Sequence record: OL770310
Source of the DNA: Escherichia phage PSa2
DNA length: 64,000 bases
Reading direction: 5' to 3' (one strand)
The notes below the pieces were generated by a model. It saw nothing but the letters and a program-made list of their open reading frames with translations, was not told the DNA's origin and searched no databases. The translations under genes and the position numbers were made by a program. Positions 45,774-55,967 of this stretch are shown here, piece after piece. Every line of letters starts with the position of its first letter. Position 1 is the first letter of the stretch.

Positions 45774-45802
45774 ATTATACAGAATTTTGGAGCTGAAAGC
45801 AA
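45774..45802 (-). promoter_or_regulatory. sigma70 early promoter
   Basis: promoter family motif. Confidence 0.55.
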
Positions 45803-45803
45803 A

Positions 45804-46505
45804 TCAAATTTTGATTTTTTCGATCATGATGGCTACACAATAACTTTCAACTAAAGCATCGAATGCGGGATCATGTTTCACTGGATAGATTCCATAACGA
45901 ATGGTATCCATCTTTTCCATTTTAGCTTTTGCCCAGCTAGCACCTTCGGCTTCTAGATCTTTATAGCTATAACCAGCTTGCATCCACTGATTACGGAAAG
46001 ATCGAACGTTACCTAAGTTCCAGAATTTCCACGGAACTATTTCTTCATGGGTTCCGGCATGGAACGTATTTGCAGAGTAGATTGTCATATCAAACTCTGG
46101 GCCATTGCCGTAATACAGAGCATTATCTCCTAGAGACAATTCCATAATGTTCTGAGCCATAGAGAAGGCAGCATAATTAGAGCCTACGTCATTAGTGCAG
46201 TGATGCTTACCATCACGGAAGGCAATCAGTTTAGGATTACGACCATTTAGAGCCTCCATAATATGGAGCGCAGATGGACTGTTTTTAGCTTGATCCATCC
46301 AGAATGCAATAGTAGAGGCAGTTACCTTAGCACCCGCATTAAGCTGATCTTGAACGTCTAGAGTAACGAATACCAGATCAGGATCTTTATCAATTCCGTG
46401 CATCGCTACAAAAGCGAAAGAAGGCATTGCAATATGAGTAGTACCGCAATTTCCTGGAGTACCTAGAGATTCAATGTCCAGCATACCAAAGGGCTTGAAT
46501 TTCAT
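45804..46505 (-). CDS. hypothetical protein (possible DEDD-type exonuclease)
   Basis: 233-aa ORF; N-terminal MLDIESLG resembles exonuclease motif I. Confidence 0.4.
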   Translation of the reverse strand: MKFKPFGMLDIESLGTPGNCGTTHIAMPSFAFVAMHGIDKDPDLVFVTLDVQDQLNAGAKVTASTIAFWMDQAKNSPSALHIMEALNGRNPKLIAFRDGKHHCTNDVGSNYAAFSMAQNIMELSLGDNALYYGNGPEFDMTIYSANTFHAGTHEEIVPWKFWNLGNVRSFRNQWMQAGYSYKDLEAEGASWAKAKMEKMDTIRYGIYPVKHDPAFDALVESYCVAIMIEKIKI

Positions 46506-46535
46506 AATTATGTCCTTTATTGTTGTAGAAAACTA

Positions 46536-46748
46536 TTAAAGAGCTGTCTCTTTAATAGACTCCCACTGTTTGGGGTCTTTCAGAGGAAGTTCCTCTTCTT
46601 CAAACAGGTCTGTTCCATTTTCACTAACATCCCAGTTTTCTTCCATGATTTCTTCTAGAAGCTCATGTTTAGAAAGACGAGTGTAGTCTCTAGCAGACTT
46701 GTGAGTGCTAGCACGGTTAAAATCATTCTTTGCAACGAAGTTACGCAT
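46536..46748 (-). CDS. hypothetical protein
   Basis: 70-aa ORF. Confidence 0.45.
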   Translation of the reverse strand: MRNFVAKNDFNRASTHKSARDYTRLSKHELLEEIMEENWDVSENGTDLFEEEELPLKDPKQWESIKETAL

Positions 46749-46763
46749 AGTTTCTCCAAATAA

Positions 46764-46781
46764 GAGGGGCTTTCGCCCCCT
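46764..46781 (-). terminator. intercistronic hairpin GAGGGGC-TTTC-GCCCCC
   Basis: same hairpin core as 47043-47058. Confidence 0.4.
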
Positions 46782-46789
46782 GATTTAAA

Positions 46790-47059
46790 TTACTTGCCAA
46801 GCAGTTTAAGGATATTTTCCTTAATAGTTTGAGCAGATTTTTCACTCTTATTGGTTTCAGCCAGTTTCAGAGCGAGTTCTTCCTGCTGTTTCTGAATATC
46901 AGCAGCAGTTTTCTGATCAGCTTCAATACGAGCTTGAAGTTCGTCAGTAATAGTGGTAAAGGAAGCAACGATTTCAGTAACGGAACGTGGTTTCTTAGAG
47001 AACATAAAATATCCTTGATTAGTCAGAGAAAGAGTTAGTATATGGGGCTTTCGCCCCAT
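46790..47059 (-). CDS. coiled-coil small protein
   Basis: track ORF begins at TTG 47062; ATG at 47059. Confidence 0.45.
   Translation of the reverse strand: MGRKPHILTLSLTNQGYFMFSKKPRSVTEIVASFTTITDELQARIEADQKTAADIQKQQEELALKLAETNKSEKSAQTIKENILKLLGK
47043..47058 (-). terminator. intercistronic hairpin TGGGGC-TTTC-GCCCCA
   Basis: overlaps start region of 46790-47059. Confidence 0.35.
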
Positions 47060-47065
47060 CAATCA

Positions 47066-47590
47066 TTACTTCGCTTTACGCTTACGAGCAGGTTTAGCGG
47101 ATTTAGCGGATTTACGATCAGAAGCACCAGTAAACTTAATACCGATACCATAGCACAGAGCGCGAACGTTGTCACGGCTATACTCTACCCCGAAGATATT
47201 CGGTTTAATGGAGCCAAACTGTCCACGGGATTCACGCATTACGTCGGCCATTGGCTTACGCTTCTGATTGACTGCTTTTTCGTAGTCTTTCAGAGCCATA
47301 CCGTTGCGGGCGAACATCTCAGCACCGCCGTTAAAGCTCAGAGTTACCGGTACAGACTTATGACCTTCACCCTTGATGAACACAACCTGCTTAGCAGTTG
47401 CGCGAGTAGAGTTCTTGGCCTTCGGCTTCTGGCGAACCGGAGCCGCAGACTTCAGGGCAGTCTGAGCCTGAGCATCAGTAGGATGCTTACGCAGATGACG
47501 TTCCAGACGAGCCTTACGATTGGCTTCGGTCTGAGCGAAAGTTTTAACTGCCGGAGCTGCCTGAGTTTTTGCGTTTTTCTGCTTAGCCAT
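47066..47590 (-). CDS. basic Lys/Ala-rich protein (possible nucleic-acid-binding)
   Basis: 174-aa ORF. Confidence 0.5.
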   Translation of the reverse strand: MAKQKNAKTQAAPAVKTFAQTEANRKARLERHLRKHPTDAQAQTALKSAAPVRQKPKAKNSTRATAKQVVFIKGEGHKSVPVTLSFNGGAEMFARNGMALKDYEKAVNQKRKPMADVMRESRGQFGSIKPNIFGVEYSRDNVRALCYGIGIKFTGASDRKSAKSAKPARKRKAK

Positions 47591-47628
47591 TATTTGTTTT
47601 CCTTTTTGTTGATCAATTTATGAGATAT

Positions 47629-47657
47629 ATTATACGAAATTTTGAAGCGTTTAGCAA
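47629..47657 (-). promoter_or_regulatory. sigma70 early promoter
   Basis: promoter family motif. Confidence 0.55.
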
Positions 47658-47673
47658 ATGAATTTTTTAAAAA

Positions 47674-47952
47674 TTATCTGCCGATCATCTTAGCTTGTTC
47701 CTCACTGAAAACGTACTGATAACCACCCTTGTTATATGCAGGAGCAGTACACAGTTTCTTGCGCTCAATTTCTTCTTGAGCTTTGCGTTCCCTTTCGGCT
47801 AATTCTTCATCTAGGTAAACTAGACGTTGCTCCGGAGGTGGTGGAAGCCTAGTTTCTGGCTCACCAATATTTGCCTTTCTGATCTGACGCGGAGATTGTG
47901 CGCGTTTTCTCAAAGGTTTAAATCCTAATGAATTTGAGTTGTAAATTCGCAT
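47674..47952 (-). CDS. hypothetical protein
   Basis: 92-aa ORF. Confidence 0.45.
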   Translation of the reverse strand: MRIYNSNSLGFKPLRKRAQSPRQIRKANIGEPETRLPPPPEQRLVYLDEELAERERKAQEEIERKKLCTAPAYNKGGYQYVFSEEQAKMIGR

Positions 47953-47978
47953 AAAGCCCTCCTCACTTTCAATACGAA

Positions 47979-48008
47979 TATTATACTAAATTCGAGGGCT
48001 TTAAGCAA
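47979..48008 (-). promoter_or_regulatory. sigma70 early promoter
   Basis: promoter family motif. Confidence 0.5.
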
Positions 48009-48028
48009 GTGAATTTTTAAATTATTTA

Positions 48029-48517
48029 TTACATCTCAGCAAGTTCTTGCTCAGTAATTACAGTATTGCATAGAGCATCAACTTCTTCATTACCACGAAT
48101 ACCTGAGTGACCTTTAACCTTAACAAAGGTTGGATTGGTATCATGGAAGTTAATATACTGTTGAGTTAGTTTAAATGCTTCTTGCCAGAGTTCTAGATTA
48201 AGAGGAGTTTCACCATCTCCCTTCTTCCAGCCTTTCTTCTGCCAAGACCACATCCAGCTTTCCATACCATTTTTGCAGTAAGCAGAATCAGTATAGATAA
48301 TTACTGGACGATTATCTTTCTTAGTAGACCAACGAAGAACTTCTACAATTGCAGTGAGTTCCATTTCGTTATTAGTAGTTTTAGGACTGAAGCCGGATTT
48401 AGATCCGATACGATCATCATTATCATTATAGACAACGAATCCCCATGCACCTAACCCAGGATTGCCTTTACATGCACCATCTGTATATATGTGGAAAACT
48501 GACATTATTTGCTCCAA
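48029..48517 (-). CDS. rnhA: ribonuclease HI
   Basis: 162-aa ORF; TDGACKGNPG, NNEMEL, TDS pattern collinear with E. coli RNase HI. Confidence 0.75.
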   Translation of the reverse strand: MEQIMSVFHIYTDGACKGNPGLGAWGFVVYNDNDDRIGSKSGFSPKTTNNEMELTAIVEVLRWSTKKDNRPVIIYTDSAYCKNGMESWMWSWQKKGWKKGDGETPLNLELWQEAFKLTQQYINFHDTNPTFVKVKGHSGIRGNEEVDALCNTVITEQELAEM

Positions 48518-48774
48518 TCAATTTCAAGCCAAAAACCTTCACGCTGCTCATACTTAGCTTCCACAACATAACCTAGTTTACTAAGTTTTTGCATGACGCT
48601 ATTTCTAGCGTTTTCTGAGTATTCAGTCAGTCCCTGGATGTGGCAATTAAATTCTTTATCTTTGATGGCTTTGTCAATCTCTACGGCAATAAGTGACTCT
48701 AAGTCAATTACTTCCTTTTTAATACTAGCAATAGTATTTTGTTTTGCTTCTAAAGCAGATAAAAGAATAGACAT
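48505..48774 (-). CDS. hypothetical protein
   Basis: 89-aa ORF. Confidence 0.45.
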   Translation of the reverse strand: MSILLSALEAKQNTIASIKKEVIDLESLIAVEIDKAIKDKEFNCHIQGLTEYSENARNSVMQKLSKLGYVVEAKYEQREGFWLEIDWSK

Positions 48775-48776
48775 AT

Positions 48777-49355
48777 TTATTCTCCAATTACTAAAACATC
48801 ATGTTGGGAAGATACACCACACATATAATCTGCACAATGCGTAAAAGCCAGATCAATGATTTCAAATATATCATCTACATCTAAATCTGTGGCTCGACAA
48901 TCCGCAATAGCTAAACCTGTACGAATACTGGAAAGTACATCTTCTCCTCCACAGCCTACACCGGCATATTCAACTTCTAGAATAGAAGCATTAGATTGGA
49001 AAATAAAGATTCTTCCTTTGTAGAGCATAATAAATTGTCCCAGATTAGGTTCAGCATATTTTTCATTTTTCTTTTCGCCAAAGTCTTTCTGGTTAAACAT
49101 ATCACGTAATTTAGGTACTATTTCCGTATATAAATATTTATCATCGGAAATATCTGCTAAACGTGGTGGTACAGTAAAGCTATGCTCTAGTAATTGTCCC
49201 ATGTAGAAGGAACTAGTGTATCCGAAGTACAAATCATCAGAGATTTTGAATACTTTCGGATTTTTAACCAGCAGTTTCGTATAGCCATTAGAACCCATAC
49301 GATCACCAGCTAAGTATACTTTATCTTTATATTTAAATGCTACTATGGCTGTCAT
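48777..49355 (-). CDS. hypothetical protein, possible Ntn-hydrolase (HslV/proteasome beta-like) fold
   Basis: 192-aa ORF; N-terminus MTAIVAFKYKDKVYLAGDR resembles HslV start. Confidence 0.35.
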   Translation of the reverse strand: MTAIVAFKYKDKVYLAGDRMGSNGYTKLLVKNPKVFKISDDLYFGYTSSFYMGQLLEHSFTVPPRLADISDDKYLYTEIVPKLRDMFNQKDFGEKKNEKYAEPNLGQFIMLYKGRIFIFQSNASILEVEYAGVGCGGEDVLSSIRTGLAIADCRATDLDVDDIFEIIDLAFTHCADYMCGVSSQHDVLVIGE

Positions 49356-49386
49356 TATTAAATCCTTCTGTCAAATTAGAAGTATA

Positions 49387-49415
49387 TTATATTTGAATTT
49401 CACTCAGTAAGCAAA
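49387..49415 (-). promoter_or_regulatory. sigma70 early promoter
   Basis: -10 complement at 49387-49392, -35 complement at 49410-49415, 17-bp spacer. Confidence 0.55.
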
Positions 49416-49431
49416 TGAAATTTAAATATAA

Positions 49432-49449
49432 TAGCCCCGAAGGGCTATT
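49432..49449 (-). terminator. hairpin ATAGCCCC-GAA-GGGGCTAT with U-rich tail
   Basis: read directly downstream of 49454-49807. Confidence 0.5.
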
Positions 49450-49453
49450 TGAA

Positions 49454-49807
49454 TTAGATTATAATCAAGATTATTAGAGCGTATGTCAGATAATGCAGTA
49501 ACTGATCAAATCCTAAAGCTATCCAAAACTTAGCATCGCTTATAGCGTATTTACAGCGTTGTGCTTTCCAATAATCTATAATAAAGTGTAGAATTAATTC
49601 CATAATAGCTAAAGCTATAGACATTCCTGGTGATGTGAATAGGATTAGAATTGCAAATGTTAATCCAGCATGTACTAGCGAATGGGTTAATAATGGAAGT
49701 TTCCACCCTATTTTATGCGTCTTTCTTAGCATATATGGTGTTTGGAGTGGATAATCGGCCATAAAATGTTTTAGAAAGAATATGACAAATAATAGTATAA
49801 TTAACAT
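49454..49807 (-). CDS. membrane protein
   Basis: 117-aa ORF, multiple hydrophobic segments. Confidence 0.45.
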   Translation of the reverse strand: MLIILLFVIFFLKHFMADYPLQTPYMLRKTHKIGWKLPLLTHSLVHAGLTFAILILFTSPGMSIALAIMELILHFIIDYWKAQRCKYAISDAKFWIALGFDQLLHYLTYALIILIII

Positions 49808-49810
49808 ATG

Positions 49811-50665
49811 CTACACCGTAAATGGATATGCAATAGCAGGATGGTGTTCATAGCCACGAACAGTAAAATCATCCTTACTTACCCACGTTAATACATCATC
49901 CAAAGTTCTAATATTTGGATTGATTTCTAAAGTAGGAGGTGCAAAAGGTTCACGATCGAATTGCTTGTGCTCCATCAGAACATTATACTGATCTTCATAG
50001 ATATGAAGATTGATAATCTTTTGACGAGCAATACCTGGCTTAAGACCTGTAATCTGTGCCATAATAGCTAGAAGTGCATAGCATTGTACCATATTAAATA
50101 CTTGGCCCAGCAAGAAATCATTAGACCTCTGGAAAGAGTTTAGGTATAGTGTATCACCTAAAATAGAGAATTGATGGGTATGCATACACGGACGTAGGCA
50201 TCCTTTACGAAATTCCCCAGGGTTCCAAAAAGTTAAAATTTCTCCACGATCGTCAATCCCTCTTTTCAAATTATGATAGACTTTGGCTAACTGATCAAAT
50301 ACCATACCATCAGAATTAGTCCAATGACGTCCTTGAACACCATAGACTCGTCCCATATCATCTTCGCCTTTACGGAATGGATTACCTAGCCAGGCAATAT
50401 TTTCATTTGCATTAGCATTCCATGTATTAACACCAATAGCGCGGAATTGTGCTGCTGAGTCGTACCCACGGAGATATCCGATCATTTCCATTATTGCTTG
50501 TTTAGCAAATGCTTTACGAGTAGTTACTAGCGGCAGTTCTCCTGCTCCTACGTTAAAGGTAAAGTCTGCATCAATAATGGTTAGGCAACGAACCCCCGTT
50601 CTAGGATTCGTTACCCATACACCCTCTTCTAGAATACGTTTTCCAGTTTCAATATATTGCTTCAT
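49811..50665 (-). CDS. thyA: thymidylate synthase
   Basis: 284-aa ORF collinear with E. coli ThyA incl. catalytic Cys region [10 protein letters not shown]. Confidence 0.85.
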   Translation of the reverse strand: MKQYIETGKRILEEGVWVTNPRTGVRCLTIIDADFTFNVGAGELPLVTTRKAFAKQAIMEMIGYLRGYDSAAQFRAIGVNTWNANANENIAWLGNPFRKGEDDMGRVYGVQGRHWTNSDGMVFDQLAKVYHNLKRGIDDRGEILTFWNPGEFRKGCLRPCMHTHQFSILGDTLYLNSFQRSNDFLLGQVFNMVQCYALLAIMAQITGLKPGIARQKIINLHIYEDQYNVLMEHKQFDREPFAPPTLEINPNIRTLDDVLTWVSKDDFTVRGYEHHPAIAYPFTV

Positions 50666-51192
50666 TTAAATATCACCAATTCTTGTAAGAAAGAAAGTGT
50701 TTTATCTGCATTCTGTCCTGCTACATAGTCCATTCTAGTTGCCATTGAATTAGTTAAAGTAATGTGATGATGCAGATGTACATCAGCAGATAATGGTGTA
50801 GCTGAAGTAATAGTAGAGATATACGCCATATCTAGATGATTTTTGACATACATTTCAAGAAGCAGAGTTGCTCCCCCTAATACTACAGTTACTTCTTCCT
50901 TGAGGAAATCAGGTAGACTGTATCCAATGTTACTTATGCGTGTGGCTGATCCTACAGAGTTAGGTAGTGGTCTATTTGCATAAATAAATAGGTCAGAATC
51001 TCCTAGTATTCTTTTTTGCAGAGTCTCAGGGAATGCTAACCAAGTTCCTGCTCCTACAATAATATTGTCAGGTGCTAGAGAATCCAAAGTAGCATAGAAG
51101 ATATCTAGTTCTTCTTTGAAAGAACCCCAAGGGAGCTTACCATTGAGGCCGAACTCCCCATTCGGCCCAGTTGCATAGATTGCTGCTATCAT
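50662..51192 (-). CDS. folA: dihydrofolate reductase
   Basis: 176-aa ORF; N-terminus [22 protein letters not shown] resembles DHFR; overlaps thyA start. Confidence 0.65.
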   Translation of the reverse strand: MIAAIYATGPNGEFGLNGKLPWGSFKEELDIFYATLDSLAPDNIIVGAGTWLAFPETLQKRILGDSDLFIYANRPLPNSVGSATRISNIGYSLPDFLKEEVTVVLGGATLLLEMYVKNHLDMAYISTITSATPLSADVHLHHHITLTNSMATRMDYVAGQNADKTLSFLQELVIFK

Positions 51193-52337
51193 TAGAACAT
51201 ATCCTCAAATTCGTTGCCAAGATCTTTCAGAGTATCAGCAGAGGTTTCAGTTACTTGACCTACACGGTACGCTGCACCAATCTGAATCTCTTGCGGAGCA
51301 GGTTGTAAAGATGTAGTATCCAACCAGTTCATAATCCACGGAATAGGGTTCTTAGTAATTACAGGTAAGTGGCTTGGCCATTCTACACCAATGTGCATAA
51401 ATGCGTTACGTCCTACAAAGTAAAGGTATTCTTCAAGCAGTTCTGCATTCAAACCAATCAGACTGCGGCCTTTAAAAATAAAGTGACCCCATTCAATCTC
51501 AGTTTTCAGAGTTTTCAGGAGTTGTGCTGGTGCTTTAGCTAATGCTTCATCTACCAGATCTTTATCAAACTGCTGGAACATAATCTGGATGATAGCTTTA
51601 GACATTTGAGTATGCAGAGCTTCATCTTTAGCGATTAATTGCAGGTTCTTAGCAATACCTTGCAGAATATCGTTCTCTGCTAGAGCAAAGGTACATGCAA
51701 AAGATGCGTAGAACTGCATTGCTTCCAGACCGTAGATTGCAAAGTAAGCATCTAACAGCTTAGCCTGAGTTTCACGTTTAACTTCAGGGAACTCAGTTTC
51801 TGGATAAGTATTATCACCCTGATGATCACGTACTGCAAGGAAATACTGACCTAACAGATACAATTCATCAAACAGTTCAACAGAATCTGCGATACGTGCA
51901 AATGCTTCTTGGTTTTTAGTTACAGAATCAATAAATTCTGCTGGGTCAGTCAGAACGTTACGAATAATGTTACTATACGCACGGCTATGTAGATCTTCGA
52001 AGTAGCTCCACTGCTTGAGCATACCTTCCAATTCAGGACGGCTTACAAGTGGCATAATAGCTGCCTCAGGAGCACGACTAATGAAAGAATCTGTTTGAGT
52101 TTGCCACGCTAAGTTCAGGAGAGTAATTTCCTGGATATCACGCGGAAGGTTTGGCCATTGTTTCTTATCAGCTTCCAGACTGATTTCAGTTTCAGTCCAA
52201 AATTGAGAACGTTGCAGAAGTGCTAGACGCTCAAGTTCAGGATGTGCTACACGAACGTAATCTGCGATACCAAGAGAATCGCCCAGGAAAAGGTCAGCGT
52301 TAGTATGATCCCAATTCAGGTTTAGTAAAGTAGTCAT
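51192..52337 (-). CDS. nrdB: ribonucleotide reductase small subunit
   Basis: 381-aa ORF adjacent to nrdA, ferritin-like helices. Confidence 0.75.
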   Translation of the reverse strand: MTTLLNLNWDHTNADLFLGDSLGIADYVRVAHPELERLALLQRSQFWTETEISLEADKKQWPNLPRDIQEITLLNLAWQTQTDSFISRAPEAAIMPLVSRPELEGMLKQWSYFEDLHSRAYSNIIRNVLTDPAEFIDSVTKNQEAFARIADSVELFDELYLLGQYFLAVRDHQGDNTYPETEFPEVKRETQAKLLDAYFAIYGLEAMQFYASFACTFALAENDILQGIAKNLQLIAKDEALHTQMSKAIIQIMFQQFDKDLVDEALAKAPAQLLKTLKTEIEWGHFIFKGRSLIGLNAELLEEYLYFVGRNAFMHIGVEWPSHLPVITKNPIPWIMNWLDTTSLQPAPQEIQIGAAYRVGQVTETSADTLKDLGNEFEDMF

Positions 52338-52367
52338 TGATTTTCCTCTTTCTCACTATTTCAGGAA

Positions 52368-52397
52368 TATTATAGCAAATCTGGTAGCGATTAGCAA
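52368..52397 (-). promoter_or_regulatory. sigma70 early promoter
   Basis: promoter family motif. Confidence 0.5.
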
Positions 52398-52404
52398 GTA
52401 AAAT

Positions 52405-52440
52405 TTCAAAGAAAAAGGAGACCCGAAGATCTCCTTGTTT
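52405..52440 (-). terminator. intrinsic terminator AAGGAGA-N8-TCTCCTT flanked by A/T runs (bidirectional)
   Basis: read directly downstream of nrdA. Confidence 0.6.
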
Positions 52441-52443
52441 TTA

Positions 52444-54834
52444 TTACAGGTTACAACCACCTGATGCACAACCTGCTGCTTCTTCACCAGCTCCACCACC
52501 ATTTTCAGTGTTGAAGTTAGCGTAGTACCAAGTTTTCCAACCGTACTTAACAGCAGTCATGAAATCACGAACTACTACTGGACCAGGAATGATTTCATTC
52601 TCAAACTTGGTGTAGTCATAGTACATATTTGTACTGATAGACTGACTGAAAAATTTCTGCATGGTTGCTACCCATTTGATCCACTCGATACGATCTACAT
52701 CATAAGCCAGTTTATAGCTCATTAATGTATCCCAATTAGTTGCACCTGGAGCAATTGCAATTACTTTATTCACTGCACTACCCTTGATAGATACGATCTT
52801 ACGAGGCGGTTCGATAGAGTTAGTAACACCTAGCAGTACAGAGGAACTTTCACCTGGCATCTGAGCAGTCAGAACAGAGTTACGCATACCATATTTCAGA
52901 ATATCTGCACGCAGAGATTCCCAATCCATTTCTAGACCTACAGTTACCAGTTCATCAACAGTTTTCTTATACGTGTCGATTACCAGAGTTCCTTGTGAAG
53001 GCTTAGTACGATTAAACCAGTCACATGCACCCTGTTCTTTGGCCAGACGTACAGAGGCTTTGTGCAGGAAGTAGGACAGCTTTTCAGCTTCACGGTGAAT
53101 CCAGTTACGTGCTTCAACACCTTCGTAAGCCAAACCTTCTGCTGCCATTGCACCTGCTGCGTTCATCAGACCAATACCAACGTTACGACGTTTCTTAGCC
53201 GTGTATTCCATAGTTGGGAATGGATAATCCTGAATCTCAATGATTGTATCAACGAATTTCAGAAGGATGTAGCAAGTTTTCTCCCATTCAGCCAGAGATT
53301 CCATGCGGCCTAGTACAACACCACCTAAGTTACACAGAGATACTTCACCAATATCTTCTGGACGCATATCGTCTAACTGATCTTGGGTTTTATACAGTTC
53401 CGTAACGTGATGGAATGGACGGGTTGGCTGAGTAATTTCAACACAAAGGTTGGTCATACGAATCGGGTCAAGGAAGTTACCATGACGGTTAGATTCACCA
53501 ATGTGATGAGCATACATACGCCCTGTTTCCATACGGATACGTAACCAAGTATCTAGGATTTCTTTTGCAGAGATTCTAGGAGCTGCTGGAATTGTTTTTC
53601 CTTCGTGGTCGATCTTTGTAAGAGATGCCACACGTTTCTCCGCTGCCACGTAGATTTCTTCAAACTTAGCCTCATCTTCACCATAAAACGCTTCATGAAC
53701 TTCTGGTGCGTAGAAGTAGGACATTAGCGTAATATCTTCGTTTTTCAGGTAACGTTTTAACAGAAGGTTGTTAAAGCTCAGAGAATAATCCATCTTATCG
53801 ATTTTATTCTCGTCTGTAGCACGTTGCTGCTTAACCTGCATCAACTGAATGATTTCAGGATCGAAGTATGGATAAGACACAGTAGCAGAACCGCCACGGG
53901 TTTGCTGAGTGTTAGCTTTTACTGAACGGTCAATGTGTCGATAATATGGCAGTTTTCCGGAATGCGGGAATGCCCCATTTCGCACCGGATCAGCAATTGA
54001 TCGGCTTTCAAGATGATACCCGATTCCCGCTCTGGCTGCGACCATTTTGAAGACGATATGCTCGGCTGTGTCGATTGAATCGAGGGTATCAGTACTATCA
54101 ACAAGACAACAAGAAGCAAAACCGCGGTCGCTGCTCCTAAGACCCACGAGAGGTGGAGTCGGCACGTTGATTTTATGGAGTGACATTGCGTTGTAGAGGT
54201 CGATTGCATCGAGAATTGTCCAGTTAGGTTGAGATAACATCGCCATTGCCATACCCATATAGGCAAACTGCGGGGTTTCATAAATTTCACCAGTTGCAAT
54301 ATTACGACGAGAATACTTGTCGAAGAACTGTTTCAGTCCACCACTGGTGAATAAACGATCACGATCATGATCAATAACTTGGTTCAGAGCGTCAAACTGA
54401 TCATCGCTAATCCATGCACTCATGTCTTCCCAAGCGCCTGCACGAACCATATGATCGTGGAAGAAACGCAGAGAAGGAGGTTCAAAGGAATCATATAGGC
54501 GTTTACGCATCTGCGCAAGACGTAATTCCTTTGCTACAGTATCATATGCTGGGTTGTCTTTGATAAGACCTTCAGCGGCTTTAATTAACACATCTTGGAG
54601 TGTATCGGAGTCTACAACACCTTTGGGTAGATTTTTCAGGGCAGCCATAACTACGGCAGACCAACTTACGTCAGTATCTTTACATGCCCATGCAGCCCAA
54701 TCATTGAGTTTTTCAGGAGCAAAGTCCTGAACAGTACCGTCACGTTTAATTACTTTTTCGATGCGATGGCTCATTTGGCTTTCCTTTTTGTAGTTATCAG
54801 GATTTAGGAAATATTCTACTTTGTTTTGGGTCAT
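52444..54834 (-). CDS. nrdA: ribonucleotide reductase large subunit (class Ia)
   Basis: 796-aa ORF; N-terminal ATP-cone (VIKRDGTVQDF), RNR core. Confidence 0.85.
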   Translation of the reverse strand: MTQNKVEYFLNPDNYKKESQMSHRIEKVIKRDGTVQDFAPEKLNDWAAWACKDTDVSWSAVVMAALKNLPKGVVDSDTLQDVLIKAAEGLIKDNPAYDTVAKELRLAQMRKRLYDSFEPPSLRFFHDHMVRAGAWEDMSAWISDDQFDALNQVIDHDRDRLFTSGGLKQFFDKYSRRNIATGEIYETPQFAYMGMAMAMLSQPNWTILDAIDLYNAMSLHKINVPTPPLVGLRSSDRGFASCCLVDSTDTLDSIDTAEHIVFKMVAARAGIGYHLESRSIADPVRNGAFPHSGKLPYYRHIDRSVKANTQQTRGGSATVSYPYFDPEIIQLMQVKQQRATDENKIDKMDYSLSFNNLLLKRYLKNEDITLMSYFYAPEVHEAFYGEDEAKFEEIYVAAEKRVASLTKIDHEGKTIPAAPRISAKEILDTWLRIRMETGRMYAHHIGESNRHGNFLDPIRMTNLCVEITQPTRPFHHVTELYKTQDQLDDMRPEDIGEVSLCNLGGVVLGRMESLAEWEKTCYILLKFVDTIIEIQDYPFPTMEYTAKKRRNVGIGLMNAAGAMAAEGLAYEGVEARNWIHREAEKLSYFLHKASVRLAKEQGACDWFNRTKPSQGTLVIDTYKKTVDELVTVGLEMDWESLRADILKYGMRNSVLTAQMPGESSSVLLGVTNSIEPPRKIVSIKGSAVNKVIAIAPGATNWDTLMSYKLAYDVDRIEWIKWVATMQKFFSQSISTNMYYDYTKFENEIIPGPVVVRDFMTAVKYGWKTWYYANFNTENGGGAGEEAAGCASGGCNL

Positions 54835-54897
54835 TTTGCAAGTACAATTTTACAGATAAAAAGAGCCCGGATATTTTCATACCCAGGCTCGTCTGTC

Positions 54898-55140
54898 TTA
54901 CCATTTAAGTTTATCGGCTTGATCAAGTAACTGCTGTCGTATTTCTCGGTTAAAGAGAATATCTACAGAAGTACTTAGTTCATTATAGTTGAAAGGCCGA
55001 TTTGGATTAGAGGCTACAATTTTCCACGCTAGGGTAGTCTTAGGACTTTCTTCCCCTTCCTTACGTGTAATCATATTAGCAGCACTCAATGAAGTACGGT
55101 GGATCTTAGTTTTGCGGTGCAGATGTACGACGTTTCCCAT
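54898..55140 (-). CDS. hypothetical protein
   Basis: 80-aa ORF. Confidence 0.4.
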   Translation of the reverse strand: MGNVVHLHRKTKIHRTSLSAANMITRKEGEESPKTTLAWKIVASNPNRPFNYNELSTSVDILFNREIRQQLLDQADKLKW

Positions 55141-55141
55141 A

Positions 55142-55903
55142 TTACACCTTCCCCATATCCTTAAAGATATCGTAGAATGCTTTAGACTCTGGTGAGCGAA
55201 CGTTGTCGATCAGTTCGATCATAGAGAAAGGAGAGTTTTCGTACTTCTCATAGACTTCCATAAGAAGTGCTAGACCTGAATCACCCTTGATGTCTTTCTG
55301 AGCTATATCCCCACAGATAATTAAACGACAATCTTGTCCTACACGAGTCAGGAGACAGATCATTGCTTCAACGGAGATATTCTGAGCTTCATCGACAATA
55401 ACATAGGAGTTGTTGAAAGTTCGGCCACGGGCATGTTCGATAGCCAGGAATTTGATTTTCTGACGTTCGACATATCCTTTGTAGGCGTGATCACCGATTG
55501 CCCATTTCATGCCATCGGCTATTGGTTCCAACCAAGGCTCTAGCTTTTCTGCTAGATCACCTGGGAGCATACCAAGAGATTTACCTAGAGGTTCGTTCGG
55601 ACGCACGAGGATCACTTGCTCAATATCTGAGTGAATGTCTACGAGTTCCTGAGCTGCAATAACGGATGGAATAAAGGTTTTACCAGTACCTGGTTCACCA
55701 ATACCCACAGTCACTGTGTTGTTCTTGATCATATTGATATATGATTTTTGCTCACGGTTTTTACCAACTAGGGATTTAGCAACTGGATTGGCGTAATCAC
55801 CAGAGAAATCTGCTTGAATTACGTTACTCTCATACTTGTTGCCACGCTTTCTTGAACCATTGCGGTTCTCTCTTTTTTGACGTGCTTTTCCCATAAATAA
55901 CAC
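55142..55903 (-). CDS. phoH: PhoH-like ATPase
   Basis: 253-aa ORF; Walker A GEPGTGKT, PhoH-like core. Confidence 0.8.
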   Translation of the reverse strand: MLFMGKARQKRENRNGSRKRGNKYESNVIQADFSGDYANPVAKSLVGKNREQKSYINMIKNNTVTVGIGEPGTGKTFIPSVIAAQELVDIHSDIEQVILVRPNEPLGKSLGMLPGDLAEKLEPWLEPIADGMKWAIGDHAYKGYVERQKIKFLAIEHARGRTFNNSYVIVDEAQNISVEAMICLLTRVGQDCRLIICGDIAQKDIKGDSGLALLMEVYEKYENSPFSMIELIDNVRSPESKAFYDIFKDMGKV

Positions 55904-55967
55904 TCCTATAGTGTACTTCGCTAACAGAGGATCAACAAAAAGATCTTGTTTATCAACTTACAAATAT

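Noticed and set aside
52444-54834. ORFs nested inside nrdA (53062-53313 plus, 53919-54299 minus)
   Set aside because: Alternative-frame ORFs inside a well-supported conserved gene; no independent signals.
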